From Gracilinanus agilis (taxonomy: Eukaryota), in contig NC_058132.1 in the NCBI RefSeq assembly GCF_016433145.1, forward strand, positions 87,133,860 through 87,197,859: a stretch of DNA of 64,000 nt, read 5' to 3'. The first letter of the stretch is position 1. Each line of letters begins with the position of its first letter. Below are positions 33,856 to 47,752 of the stretch, piece by piece. The notes below the pieces were generated by a model. The model had not been told where the DNA came from, did no database searches, and worked only from the letters and a program-made list of their open reading frames with translations. Position numbers and translations under genes: made by a program.

Positions 33856-36744
33856 AACTTGACTGAGTTCATGTCATTCAATTCGCTCTCCTGGATTATG
33901 TACTTTCTATAAGGGACTGATTACTGAAGTTTAAACATGGAACTCTTAGTCTATTGGGAGAGCCCTGTCATTCCAATCCCACCCCCCCAAAAAAACAAAA
34001 CAAAAACCCCACAAAGAATAAGGTAGAATCTGATAATGATGCAAAGGAGTTACAAAGTTTTGTATGTTTGTATGTGCTGGTGCTGGTGTTTTGGGGAGTT
34101 GATTTCTGGGAAGCAGTTCAAAAGAGCCTACATGAAGGGTCATTATTTGGAATGGTTATGATCAACTACCATTTAAACATAGATTTGAATGAATATCTCA
34201 AGTTCTTTTTGGCATATGTTCTTCAAATATCAACCTTCTAAAGGCATCCATTTAATTCATTCGATTAACTCCAATTGTTTAGTGATTTCTTCTTTCACAA
34301 CACAAATCACAATATCTCAGAATCATCAAGTTACTAGAATTAGAAGAGATTTTTAGAATCTCTTAATTCAATTCAAAAGGAAAAGAATCCTTTCAGGAAT
34401 ACCTGGACCAAAGGTGGTCATCAAGCCTCATTTTGAAGTCCTGTCCTCCCCCTCCACACACACACACAATGGGAACAATTCACCACTTCTCATGACTAAC
34501 CAATTTTTCCTCTTTGTTAAGTTTCAATTTGACACTTCTTGCTGCTTTTTAAACATGCCTATAATTCTACTTGAGTCAGACATGCTTCTCAGATATTGTA
34601 CCATTAACAATGAATAGAGAGCTTTCCAAATAACAATCAATTTTCCACAATGTTTATGAGTAGTGGCTTATTTTTTAAAGGAAGTTAACATGCAATTTGG
34701 GGTGGTAATTTATTCAATCTCATCAGTTATAAGCCCCTATGAGATTAAAAGAACAACAAAACTACCACTGGTTCTATAAAGAAAACAGAATAAAAAATAT
34801 TTGATTTAAAATGACTTAACAAGTTTGTGCACTCATTTTCATTTGTGTTTGACTCTTCATGACCCTGTTTAAGTAAGATTTTCTTGGCAAAGATCCTGGA
34901 ATGATTTGCCATTTTCTTCTCCAGTTCCTTCTACAGATGAGGAAACTGAGATATAGTTAAGTGACTTGCACAGGGTTGCATCCCTTTTAAGGGCAGACAC
35001 GTTAGGCCAGATTTGAACTCATGAAAATGAGGCTTCCCTTACTTCAGGTCCAGTACTCTATCCACTGTACTACATGGCTGCCCAACAAGTTTAGCAAGAT
35101 ATTCAACAAGAAAGTAGCAAAACATTCCTAGTAGCCCCACAGAAGCATGAGTCTCCCTCTCCCATGGAAGAGGATGATTTGAATTCCATTCAGACTCCTT
35201 AACTCTTCAGCATAGAGTAGGTTTATTGTGTATTCACCCGGGAGGCAGAGAAACCAAGTGTAAGCTGAAGCTTAATAAAGCTAGTAAGTATCTGAATTCA
35301 TTTGAACCTAGGACTTCCCATCTCAACCCACTGAGCCACCTAACTGCCCCTGAAAGCTTTGATTTTTTTAAATTGAGCAAAGTACCTGAAAGTGGTCCTA
35401 CTAGATTCATTAGTTATAAATTTCTATTTCTACTATTGAAAAATCTGACTGTCACAAATATGTATTTTTGGGATTACTTTTTTTCCCTCATCTTGTTTTA
35501 TTGTCCCACACCCCTCAAAAATGATACATTAACACTGGACTTGAAGTCAGGAAAACCTAGGAGAAATTCCTTCTCGGGCCATAATTAAAATCTATCTTAT
35601 TATTTATCCTGAGGGCCATGAATAATAAAATCTAGGTACAGGAGAAAACTTGTTGTCCCCAGTAGGAGTTGAAATAGGAGAGCCTTTGGAGTTCTAACAA
35701 TTTTTCAGCAAAGGTCAGTGGTCAAAATGTTCAAATAAGACAAGGATCCAGGACAGCTTCAAAGAAATTCATGACGAAAAAGGCTATGCACACAGAAGAA
35801 ACTGATGGAGTTGGAATGCAGTTTGAAGCATACCGTTCTTCAGGTTATTTTTTCCATGAATTCTTTACCGTAAGCAATATGTCTTATTTTAAAACATAAT
35901 AAACATAGAAATATGTATTATACGATAGCATATGTGCATCCTATATTGATACCTGTTGGGGATATGAGAGGGAGAGAACATGGATTACAAAATATCAGAA
36001 ATGATGATTTAAAAAAAATAAAAAGATTATATGTATTTGTCAGCTGAATGTGGCGCTTTTTATAAAAATTGACTTTGTCATGTGTTAAGGTATACCTCAC
36101 AACTGTAGAAAACACATCTTACCCTCTCTGTTATCTCTGCTTGTTCAGCAACTTCAACCTTGAAGATGTACCAGTAGGCCAATCACCCCCTTTTATGAGG
36201 AGCTGTAGAGTCAGCTATTAATCTTCAGTGGAGCTAAAAACACTAGTTCCCCACAAAAAAAAAAAAAAAAAGCATATCATCCAACATGTTGGCAGCATCT
36301 GGTCCCTTGACCTTACTTGTCCCAAGATATAGCTTCCCAAATTTGACAGAGAAGCCAAGATCATCAGAGTGAGCACCACTAGGGGAATAGCTGGCTCCAG
36401 AACCAAAATCAGAATTGGAAGTCACATTAATTATGCCAAAAACCCTCCATGCCATCATGAGCTTTATCCTGTCTTGGACATGATGGAGTCTTCTACCAGC
36501 TAACATATCTCATCCAACCTATGGGTACCTTCCCCTCCAACTCCCCAGGTAGTCCAAGGAAAAAGCCCTTGGCATATAGTGTTTTTTCTGGTTCACCTGA
36601 CCCCTTCCCACAAGCCTAGTTAGTATTATAATAAGAAAGTTTATGAGGAGCCAGTAGTTTGGCAGTAGCAGGAAGTAAGATTTCAAAGAAGAACCTAGAA
36701 GTCATATGCAAACAGTCCCAAAGATAGATCAAAGAAGCATAGTT

Positions 36745-37510
36745 TAGAAATTGTATCATATTGACAATAAAGAAAAATAATAAATGTTGGAGAGGATGTG
36801 GCAAAATTGGGACACTAATGCATTGCTGGTGGAGTTGCCAAAGGGCTATGAAGTGGTACATACCCTTTGACCCATTACTAGGTTTGCATTCCAGAGAGAT
36901 TTAAAAAAAAATAGAGGAAGGACCTATATATACAAAAATATTTAAAGCAACTCTTTTTAGGAGGGCAAAGATTCAGAAAATGAAAGGGATAGCCATCAAT
37001 TAAGGAATGTCTAAGTTAAACAATTATGAAGGAATGCTATATTGTACTATAAGAATTGACAAGGAGGAGTTTGGAAAAACCTGGAAAGACTTACATGAAT
37101 GGAAGCAAAGTGAAATAAACAGAACCAGGAGTACACTGAACAGTGACAGGAATACTGTACAATGAACAGCTGTGAATATTAGCTATTCTCAGCAACATAA
37201 TGATCCAAAACTATCCCAAAGGAGTCATGATAAAAATGTTATCTACTTTCAGAGAAAAGGAACTGAGTTTGAATCCAGACCAAAGCAAATTTTTATCACT
37301 TTCTTAATTTTTTTCTATTCGAATTTCTTTCCACAAAAGAATTAATATGGAAAAATGTTTTAGAAGATTGCACATGTAAAATCTGTATAAGATTTCTTAT
37401 CATCTCAAGATGGTGGGAGGAGGGAAGAGGGAGAGAATTCAAGATTCATTATTCTTTGGAAAATGTTAGATACTTTTTACATGTGATTGGGAAAATAAAA
37501 TTAATATAAA
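36745..37510 (+). mobile_element. LINE-1 3' fragment
   Basis: tgttggagaggatgtggcaaaattgggacactaatgcattgctggtgg... is the L1 ORF2 C-terminal region, followed by 3' UTR and an A-rich end. Confidence 0.8.
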
Positions 37511-38124
37511 ATATTTTAAATGATTCAGGAATCATCAAATAAATAGATTTGACAAAATTTCAGACATAAGAGACATAAGATTTTATCAAGTGCTAATTTT
37601 AAAATACATTATTATTTATATATTCTAAATTTCATTTTTCAAAGTTTATCTCCTGAGAAGAACATTTCAAGGAAGATTTGATCCATTTCAGGGCAATATC
37701 TTCTCTCTTTCTCTGCTAAGACATTAGACAGATTCTGTCTTGTCAAAAATAGTCTCTTCTATTTAAAGAGAAGTCACCATGTGATAGGTAACTCCTGGCC
37801 TCCTCTTTTCTCCCTGTTTTTTTGCTTGGTGATCTCTCAGTTCTTAGGGATTTAATTATCATCTGCTGAGCTAAGCTCTCTCCTGACATCATCTCACATA
37901 GTCAACCATCCAATTGCTATTGAGTCATTTCAGTTGGGGCTTAACCCTTCATGACCTCATTTTGGTGTTCTTATTTCCTTCTCCAGTATATTTTTCAGAT
38001 GAGAAACTGAGGCAAATAGTGTCAAGTGACTTGACCAGGGTCACACAGCTAGTAAGTGTCTGAGGCTGGATTTGAATTCTAGATGAGTCTTCCTGCTTCT
38101 AAGCCCAGTGTTTAGACTTCTTAA

Positions 38125-38130
<6 letters not shown>

Positions 38131-38188
<58 letters not shown>
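38131..38188. repeat. (CT)29 microsatellite
   Basis: Read directly from the sequence. Confidence 0.95.
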
Positions 38189-38191
<3 letters not shown>

Positions 38192-38625
38192 CTCTAGTCT
38201 TATCCTTCTCTTGAATATCAAAATGATCTTAAAACACACTCCCCTATTCAATATAGTCCAATGGATCTTTATTATCTTTGTTTTCCAGCCATTTTAGTCA
38301 TGCCCCATTCTTTGTGGTCCAATTTGGTATGTTCTTGGCAAAGTTAAGTGGTTTGCCATTTCTAACTCCAGTTCATTTTTACAGATAAAGAAACTGAGGC
38401 AACCAGGATTAAATGACTTGCCCAGGATCACACAACTAATACATGTCTGAGGCCAGATTTGAATTTGAGTCTTCCTGACTCCAGGACCAGCAATCTGTCT
38501 ACTCTGTCACTCAACTGCCCATATTATCTCTAGAATCACATATAAAATTCTGTTTGTCTTTTAATGTTATTCATATTACTGCCCCTTTCCTATCTTTTTA
38601 TGCTTTGTGTAACATAATTCAATGN

Positions 38626-38718
38626 TCCTTCCTTCCTTCCTTCCTTTCTTCCCTCTTTCCTTCCTTCCTTCCTTCCTTCCTTCCTTCCTTCCTTCCTTCC
38701 TTCCTTCCTTCCTTCCCT
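38626..38718. repeat. (TTCC)n microsatellite, preceded by a single N at 38625
   Basis: Read directly; it explains the GRKE-repeat ORFs at 38576-38830. Confidence 0.95.
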
Positions 38719-40876
38719 CCCGGTCGGTCTTAGAATTGCTACTAAATATTGGTTCCAAGACAGAAGAGCAGTAGAGGTTGGGCAATTGGGGATTAAGTGA
38801 CTTGCCCTGGGCAATGCAGCTAGGAAGCATCTGAGGTCAGATTTGTTGTTGACATTTTCTATACCTCTTTCTTAAATCTAGTCCAGACGTGTCAGACACA
38901 TTGCTCATTTGGCCTGCAATATTCCCAACCACAATCTGAAGTAATACCTGACACAAGCTTACAACGAAGTGTACCCCAACACCCATTTCCCTTTCTTGTT
39001 CGAGGAATACCCTGGCTCCAGGCTGTGGAGTTTTTCCTGGCACAGCTGCAGCAGGAGCCCCAAGCCCATCACACTAGCACTGCAAAGCCTTGAACTTCCT
39101 GTGCCAGGATGGGCAACCTTGTAGCACTTGCAGAGTCAGTGTTAGGGCAGCCAACCGGGTGGCATTAGCAATAGCACCAATGCTGAAAAGCACTGAACTA
39201 TAACTGCCGGCCAAAGGACCAAGGAATACAGGAAGCAAGGTAGGACACAAGGACAGACCTCCTTGTATGTGGGGTCTGTGAAACACTCCACTAAGCCTGG
39301 GGTCAAGAGCGTGGTGGGGGGAAATTTTATTGCATTGTTGGAAACTAACCCTGTATGTAGAGAAACTAGACCTGTTGTTGCTTAAAGACCAAATTTGTGT
39401 AGTGCTTAGCTCACAACTCCCGATTATCCTGACCCCAAAAAGAACCTTCCAGGGGACCCCAAGACCAAGAATGTGTCTTAAATGGAAAAGGCCATTGTAC
39501 TACAATCTTCTTGTTCCTTTGTTTGAATCCTTTATAATATGCAATCTGCAGAACTCTGGGGGAGCAGGGCACTCTTTTTCTTTTTTAAAATTTTCCTTCA
39601 CCAAATAAATGGCTTAATAAATTTTATTTCTAAATTATTTCATTTCTGGACTTTATTCTTGGTTGTGATAAATACATGAGGAGAAATATCTATAGACTAC
39701 TAAAGGAAGCCCATTCAGAAAAGGATTTAAAATATAAAATGCAACTGATTATTCTGATACTACCTACTTCAGGATTTCAGTGAGAGAAGTGTTTTGCAGA
39801 CCTGAAATTTCACAAGAGTGGGAGCTATTATTTCTTCCTTTGGGAACCCTGGCCAGGCAGTTATCCAATCTGTATCTCAGTTTTCTGTTCTTTAAATGGT
39901 GGATAATAACTAAAACCGTTAGTGCCTTCATCATAGGCTCAAATGTGATAGGACAGAAGTAACACCCTTACCAAAACATAGAACCTCATTTTATATCAGA
40001 TAATTTTGTTATTGTTCACTGGGATTAATGGACATATGATCCAGAAAGGCATATTACACAATAGTCTTGTATTATCCTCTCATTTTGCAAATGAAGGAGT
40101 TTAAGAGAAGAAAGTTTATCCATTTTGCAAAGGCAGGAATTTATAGAGCTAGATAATAACTCTGATCTGATTTCAAAGCCCAGACAATTTCTGTGACACT
40201 GTGGTGCCATCCTTTAGTGATAAAATTATGAAAAATTAAATGATCTCCTTGTATCATACTCTCATTTTGCAAATAGAGGAATTTAAGAGAAGAAAGTAAA
40301 TTTGTTACAAGTCACAAAGATAAGAATTTACAGAGCTAGACAGGAACTCTGATCTGATTCCAAAGCCCAGGCAATTTTTGACACTGTGGTGCCTTTCCTT
40401 AGTGATAAAGTTATGAAAACCTGGGTTTTGATTCCTAGTAATTTTTCCTTAATACCTGCTCTCCTGTTGAAATTGTCTTCTGATTCTTTCACTTTAAGTT
40501 AGTCCAGGATAGTCATTTTTTGTTAACATTTTGTTCCTGTCCTCAGATTCCAATCCTTTTGTAAGTGCTGCCCTTTCCCCCGTTCTCACCTAGAACATAT
40601 ATGGGGTCAAGAAGACCCAGAGATTGATTGAAACAACTGAATAACAAGAGAACACAGATATCAGTCTTTTTCTCATCTCTTTAGAGGTATCTTTCTGTCT
40701 CCTTCTTTGTCCTGGCTCGTTTTCTACCCAGAGAAAAGGGCCATATGTGAGATTTCTCCCAAATATGTTTTTCTTTTATGTAGGAACCACTTTCATTTTT
40801 TTCATCTCATTTTCAGATTCCTTAGTCTTATTTCAGAGAAATGGCAATATTTATATTTTGTCTTCACCTCTTTTAG

Positions 40877-41655
40877 ACCTAGAGTCCAGGACAGAGAACA
40901 CAGGGGTGACTCCAAAAGACAACATTCCAGAAGAATCTTCCAGGGGGTGAAATTAGAAAGACTAAGAAAGGGTGGTTTTAGTTACCCTATTTTTGAGCAA
41001 TCAGAAGGACAACAGAAGCTTCCCCTGTCTTCATGGCAGTTGGAACAAATTGTTCTCATCCTCCCCCTTCACATGTCTAAGGTAGATACCCTCCTAATTC
41101 ACCCCAAGGTTTGAGGACTTATAGGTTGTCCTCAAACTGGTTTAGCTCACCTGCCCAGATGGTTTACCTGGATGTAGCCTCTGTGCTTGCTACAGTTTCT
41201 TGGAGCCACAGGTGAGAGCAGAGTGACAGGTAGACACTGGAGGAGGAAGGCAGCTCTAGAAAGGGTCCAGCAAGCCCTCACTCCAGAGATTCTAGTCTTC
41301 CCTAAAAGTCCTATAACACCCCCTCATAAATGTGACGAATGGGGAGAGCTTTCATTTGTCAAGACTTGTTCAGTGTCAAAGAAGTCACACTGGAGAGAAG
41401 CCTTATGAATCTAACAAATGTGGGGAAAGTCTTCTCTGATAGGTCAAACTCCATGAAATAGCATAAGACTCATGTTAAAGAAAAACCTTTTAAATGTAAC
41501 AGATGTGAAATTATTCAGTGGAATTTCATGTTTTATTCAACATCATTTAGTTCATATGGAAGAAAAGCCTTAAAAATATAAAGAATGTGAGAAAGTCTTT
41601 ACTTTAGTCGAACTTCATATGACCTCAAGGGATTCATACTGGAAAGAAGTCTTGT
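40877..41655 (+). pseudogene. Decayed final exon of a C2H2 (probably KRAB) zinc-finger gene, split by an RTE-type insertion (about 41035-41320)
   Basis: Acceptor cacctcttttag| then DLESRTENTGVTPKDNIPEESS, resembling a marsupial KZFP spacer start. Linkers HTGEKPY (41386-41406), HVKEKPFKC (41471), HMEEKP* (41553) and HTGKK (about 41635), with stops, frameshifts and lost Cys/His. Confidence 0.8.
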
Positions 41656-41891
41656 GATTATTGTGTATACTGATCTTGTTTTTATTTTTTATTTTTTGCT
41701 CTTCTTTTGTCATTTTGCATCAGTTTATATAGAATTTTCCAGGTTTATTGGTATTCATCATACTAATAATTTTTTAGAGTACAGTAGTACTCCATTACAT
41801 TCATGTGTTGCAATGTATTTATCTATTTCTTAATCAATGGACATCTATTTGTTTCCAATTATCTGTGATTATAAAAAGTGTTGTTATAGAT

Positions 41892-42177
41892 CCCTGATGG
41901 CAAGCTCATGGCACACGTGCCAAAAATGGCATGCAGAGCCCTCTCTATGGGTGTGCCTGCAGTCTCTCACCACAGTTTGTTACTAGAAAGCCAAAGAGGT
42001 GGAGCTGTTTCTCTCCTCTTCCCCCGCCTCTCTATCCAGCAGCCAATGGGAGTGCTTCCTCCCTCCCCTATCTAGGGGAAAGTGGGGGTGGGGGTGGGGC
42101 ATGGCATGACATTTGTTTTGGGGGGTGGGGTGGGGGCAGGGTCCAACACTCAATCTCTTAAAGGTTTGTCATCACTG
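41892..42177 (+). mobile_element. 286-bp hAT MITE inserted into an old L1 fragment
   Basis: Perfect 8-bp TSD TTATAGAT (41884-41891 and 42178-42185); ends CCCTGATGGCAAGCT...AGGTTTGTCATCACTG, a degenerate CAGTGATGGCRAACCT-type TIR. Confidence 0.85.
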
Positions 42178-45100
42178 TTATAGATATTTTGGTGTCTGTG
42201 TGGACTTTTTTCTTATCAATGGCCCATTGGTGATTACCAAAACCAAATTGCTTTTCAAAATAATTTGTATTAACTATCAGCAATATCTAAGTATGCCTAA
42301 TCTTGCCAGATTCCCTCAATATTGACTATTGCCATGTTTTGAACTCTTTGCAAATTTTCTTGATTTGAGGAAAAAAAATCTCAGGACTATTTTGATTTGC
42401 ATTTCTCTTATTAATGATTTGGAACATCCTTTCAGGTGGTTGTTAATACTCTATAACTTTTCTTTGGCAAGCTGTTCCTAACTTTTGACCACTTAACTAT
42501 TAGGAAATTGGTATTATATATGTTAATTGTTTTTATAAATTGGCTATCATATTACATTATGTTACATTAGATCATATATATCATATCATATCATGTCTCC
42601 CATACCCAATGAATGTAGTAGTGCCTGGCTCACAATCTCTCCCCTAACTCTTGCCCTCATACTAGGTGATTTCAACATACATCTTAGTGCTTTGTCTTAC
42701 ACCTAATTCCATAGTCCTCAGCTTATTATTTTCCCATGACCTACTCCACCTTACTTCAGCCAACACAAAGATGCCATTAATCTTTTTAAAAAACAAATGC
42801 AAAACCTACTTTTAAAGAAAAAAAAAAAACAACTCTTACCTTTTGTCTTGGAGTCAAGGCAGAAGAGTGGTAAGGGTAGGCAATGGGGGTCAAGTGACTT
42901 GCCCAGGGTCACATAGCTGGGAAGTGCCTGAGGCCAGATTTGAACCCAGGACCTCCCATCCCTAGGCCTGGCTCTCAATCCACTGAGCTACCCAGCTGCC
43001 CCCAAAACCTTCTTTTATAAAACAGAAGGCCTAGTGCTTGGCAAATGGGATTAAATGACTTGCCCTGTGTTCACAGAGCTAGGAATTGTCTGCTAATCCC
43101 TCAATTCTTTCCTACACCATCATTTCTACATTAACTCTACTTACCTCCTTTCTCCCATCTTGACCACTTGGTGAATCAGTTAAATAATCCGATTTCCTTT
43201 TCTCTTGAGTCCCCTGCCCCTTTATCATATTGCAAATCCTGCTCTGTTCTACCAGCCTGGGATTTCCCCCATGATATTCTGCCTTAGATAGGGGTGCTGC
43301 TGAATGAAGGAAGAGAAAATCAATCACCAAACCATTGTGACAAAGTCTACTCTAAATTTGTTCTGCAACCTCAAATGGATCCTCCCTGCTTCAAGGCAAG
43401 CTTTTTATATCTCCCTAATTAATTCCCTATCCCATCCATCACAGGCTCTTCCAAACCTTGGCTTTTCTCTAATCTTTCATGGCTTTCCTGCTGAAAAGTC
43501 TTTCAAATGAGAATCTTGCTTTATATTTTACTGAAAACATTTTCTTCTCTCTTCATCTGCTACCCTATATATGCCTTCTGCAACTATGTTCTCCTTCACT
43601 CCTGAATCCAGCTAAGAGGTGACCCTTCTTGAGATGGCAAATTGCTCTAATTCTGTTTCATTTCATAGATTTCTTCCAAATTTCCTTTGAAGCCTTTGTG
43701 GGGGAAGAGGATAAACATAATTTCTGTGTGTTTAGACAAAAGATCTCCCCAGGAGGGTAAAACAAAAGCAAAAAAACTTAGAGGCCACAAAAACAGAGAT
43801 TTAGAGTTTGTTCTTAGATTCCCTCATTGATAACAAAAATGATTCTATATTAAAAGAATCCTCTGCCATCTTATGGATTTCCTGCAGACATTGAGAATTC
43901 CAATAATACTAAGCACAGGAGGCAACTAGGTAGCTCAGTGGATTGAAAGCCAGGCATAGAGATGGGAGGTCTTGGGTTCAAATTTGACCTCAGACACTTC
44001 CTAGCTGTGTGACCCTGGGCAAGTCATTTAACCCCCATTGCCTAGCCCTTACAGTTGATTTTAAGATGAAAGGTAAGGGTTTAAAAAAAAAAAAAAGACT
44101 AAGCACAGACAAAAATGTTTACCAAAGAAACAAATCTGAACTTTTGTGACTGCTTCAGCTCTAAGGCTTTCAGATTTTTCTCCCAATTCCTTTCTTCCAG
44201 GAAATGCAACTAATTGGATTTGACTGAGTGAATAAAAAAATCTTCCTGTGTACATTAATAAGTTGTTTTTTTTTCCCTTTCAATTGGACTACTCACTTTA
44301 TTTGATCTTCTGAAGGGTGGGAAATTCTTCCCAGGCTCCCAAGAAACTCATGTTGAAAAACTCCTATAACACTATTCATTTTTTTTTCTCATGGCACAAT
44401 GATCTTTTATTACATTTGTAAAATCTAATTTATTTAGTTTTAATCCAATAGGTGGGTACCCCCTTAATTTTCAGTTTGGGTTACTATATACTAAAAAAAA
44501 AAAGCTATTGTAAATATTTTGGGCCACAGGTCCTTTTCCTTTTTCATTGATACTTTTCTGACATAGGCTTAGTAATGGAATATCTGGGTCAAAGGACATC
44601 CAGTTTAATAACTTAGGGGACATAATTCCAAGGAGCTTTTCAGAAAGGCAAGACTAACCATAAGTCTTGGCTCCTCCTCCAAGTATATATATGTGCATAT
44701 ATATTTAGTGTCAAGTGTTTTCCCATAGCTCCTCCAATATTTCTCATTTTTCTCCTTTGTCATATAATACTTTGATGGATATGAGGTGGACCTTCACAGT
44801 TATTCTAATCTGCATTTTTCTAATTTCTGGTGGTTTGGAGCACTTTTTTATATGGTTCTTGATAGCTTGGATTTCTTCCTTCGAAAATGCCCTTTGACCT
44901 TTTGTTTACTGGGGAATGACTCTTATTTGTGTACATTTGGATCAGTTCCTTATATGTTCTGGATGTGAAACATTTATGATAGATTCTTGCTGCAAGGATA
45001 TCCCCCCCCACTTATTTGATTCATTGGGGTGACAGTTTTAAAAGAAAGATCAATTTAGGGGATCTCCCACTCTGTGATTTCCTACTCCTTATGGCCAGCC

Positions 45101-45559
45101 CACTTTTGGGGCACAAATAAGAATCTGCTTTTGGATAGAAGCATTGATGAAGGGTATCAGCTTTTGTCTACTGGACTTTCCTTTTAGAGAAACACTCAGC
45201 ATCCTGGCCTTGAAGGCTGGAGTTTACACCTGAGATCAAGCCTCAGACACTCACTAGTTATGATGTTTTCCAGCCTTAGTTTGGGAAATAATTACACCTG
45301 CCTTCCAGGACTGCTGTGAGGATCAAATTAAATAATTAATGTAAAGGATTTTAGATGTGGGGATAGAATGTAGTAGGTACTTAAATGCTTATTTCCTTTT
45401 TTTTTCTTCTGTTCTCACTATTGATTCATACTGACCTTGAGTTCCATTAAAAACTGATATCTAGCCTATCATGCACCCCCCCCCCTTTTTATATTTCTGG
45501 AAGTGGTTTATTTATTCAAATCCCTATCTATTGAATTTCATTTTTAGATTCATCTGAAA

Positions 45560-46520
45560 GGTCCAGGTTGTAAAAATCCTCTTAGATTCCCCCTCTTTCA
45601 TCTACTTTCTTAGTGATCCTTCCCGGCTTAGTATCTTCTGAAAAATTTTATGAACATTAACATTTATGAAATTTTCAGAGTTATTGATAAATTTACAACA
45701 GAACCTATTATTGATCAAGGAGAACTCTTGACACAATGACACGGAAAAATTTCTAAATAATGGCCATCTAACCAGACTCTGAATCAATCTGCTATTATCA
45801 GCTAATTCATATCTCCCCATTTTCTCCCTAAGAATAGTATGAAAATTTTTATTAAACACAGATCTAAAATATAAATAAATTATCCACTGTATTCTTCTCA
45901 TCTACTACTTGAATAAAACCATTTATGAAAAGAAATGAGGTTAGTCTTCACTAAATAATAACTTGTTCTTAATAAAACTGGGGTGTTTATTTGAAATTGC
46001 CAACCAATTAACCAATAAAGAACTCTTTCAAAAATTTTCCCCAGGAATTGAAGTCAAGCTTACTTGGACATTTCTTTGCATACCTGTTCTCTTCCCTTTT
46101 TGAGAATCTGGACATTTGCCCTTCTGTAATCTTGTGGCACCCTTCCAGTTTTTCATGAGTTTTCAAATATCATTGACTATGATTTTACAATCACAATTTT
46201 AGGGAGAAAACACACAGTTCATTCAGGTCAAGTAACTTGATTTTACCTAGAGCATCTAAATGTTCTCTATAATTGAATTACTTTCTCTTGTTCTAAATTC
46301 CATTAGTCATTTTTGTTATTTCATTTTTAGTGGAAAAACCTTTCAACTTTCCAAAAAGGGGTGGGGCAGGGCAAAATAAGAATTGAGCAGCTCTGCCATT
46401 TCTATTACCAGTTATTAGTCTTAGCTTATTCTGTTAGGGAAACTATCCCTTTTTGATCCTCCCCTTTCTCTAAATAGAGCTTAAAAATCCCTTTTTTGTT
46501 GCTGCAGTTTCCCCTCATGA
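45560..46520 (-). mobile_element. CR1/L3 LINE reverse-transcriptase remnant
   Basis: ORF 45602-45901 (IIYLYFRSVFNKNFHTILREKMGRY...SVSLCQEFSL...FINNSE...) resembles the CR1 RT motif series (IYLDFSKAFD...SGVPQGS...FINDL...KFADD). Confidence 0.65.
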
Positions 46521-47399
46521 TAGTTAGTTTTTATGTAGACTATAAGGTTTGCAAACATCATCTCATTTCTTCCTTCCAACAACCTCGGAGGTGGGTGTGA
46601 TTATTTTCCTTATTTTACAAGTCAGAAAATGAGGCTGAAAAAAGTAAGGTTACTTGCAAAGGACATATGAAAGAAGAATATGACAGGATTTGAATCCAAA
46701 TACCCTTAACTCCATAATCAGCTTCCCATCCACTGTCCCCATCTAGCTGTTCTTAGTAGCTTTAACTCCTTTGTAATTTTAGCATTTTTGACATAATTTG
46801 ATGAGCATATGTTAAGTGCTGGTTAACAATAAAATGTCTAAGTACACTTAAAAAGTCGTATTTCTGTTTTAAAAAAAGAACTTCAGTAGTAGTGAACCTT
46901 AAACTTGGAATAATAGTTTCTCTACAAAGAATTTTTGTGTTTTATTGAAGTGTTTTGGTTCTAAGGCAAAAGAGGCAGGAAGGGTTAGGCAATGGGAGTT
47001 AAGTGACTTTCCCAGGGTCATATAGTATCTGAGGTCAGATTTGGACTCAGGATCTCCACATTTTAGGATTGGCTCATCATCCACTGAGCCAACCCCACGA
47101 TTATTTATTTCTTGTATTATTGAGAGTTTCAGGGCTCATCACTAAAAAGGTGTTAACTAGCCAATCAATGAATACATTTTTAAAAGCACTTGAATCATCA
47201 TCACTTTGAAAGACTTCAGAACTAATCAAAAATTACTACCAGGATAAACAAAGAGTCCAAAAGAATGAAGAAACATTCTACTCACCTCCTAGAACTAAGA
47301 GATGGTGAAAACTCATAGATAGAAAGATAGCTAATGTGGGAATTTGTTTTTTAGGATTATGTATTCATACATCTACCTCCATACAGAGAAAGGTAAAGA

Positions 47400-47752
47400 T
47401 ATCTGTCTATCCATCTGTCTGTTTCTCTCTCTCTCTATACATATATCTATCTATCTATCCATCTGAGAAAGAGATAGAAACAGAAAGACAGATGGATAGA
47501 TAGATGATAGATAGATAGAAAGACAGATGATGGACAGATAGAAATATAGATTGATAGTAGAAAGATAGACANNNNNNNNNNNNNNNNNNNNNNNNNNNNN
47601 NNNNNNNNNNNNNNNNNNNNNNNNNNNNNNNNNNNNNNNNNNNNNNNNNNNNNNNNNNNNNNNNNNNNNNNNNNNNNNNNNNNNNNNNNNNNNNNNNNNN
47701 NNNNNNNNNNNNNNNNNNNNNNNNNNNNNNNNNNNNNNNNNNNNNNNNNNNN
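47400..47752. repeat. GATA/GACA-type tetranucleotide repeat running into a 181-nt assembly gap (N 47572-47752)
   Basis: Read directly from the sequence. Confidence 0.9.

Noticed and set aside
36243-36506. 87-aa minus ORF and its overlapping frames as a gene or retrocopy
   Set aside because: No recognisable family in any frame, it runs into a poly-T tract, and there is no splice or TSD support.
38837-39286. Filovirus NP, bornavirus or APOBEC-like coding remnant
   Set aside because: Six-frame manual translation gave no convincing motif (W..CC.CARK is only superficially like SWSPCxxC); left as unidentified.
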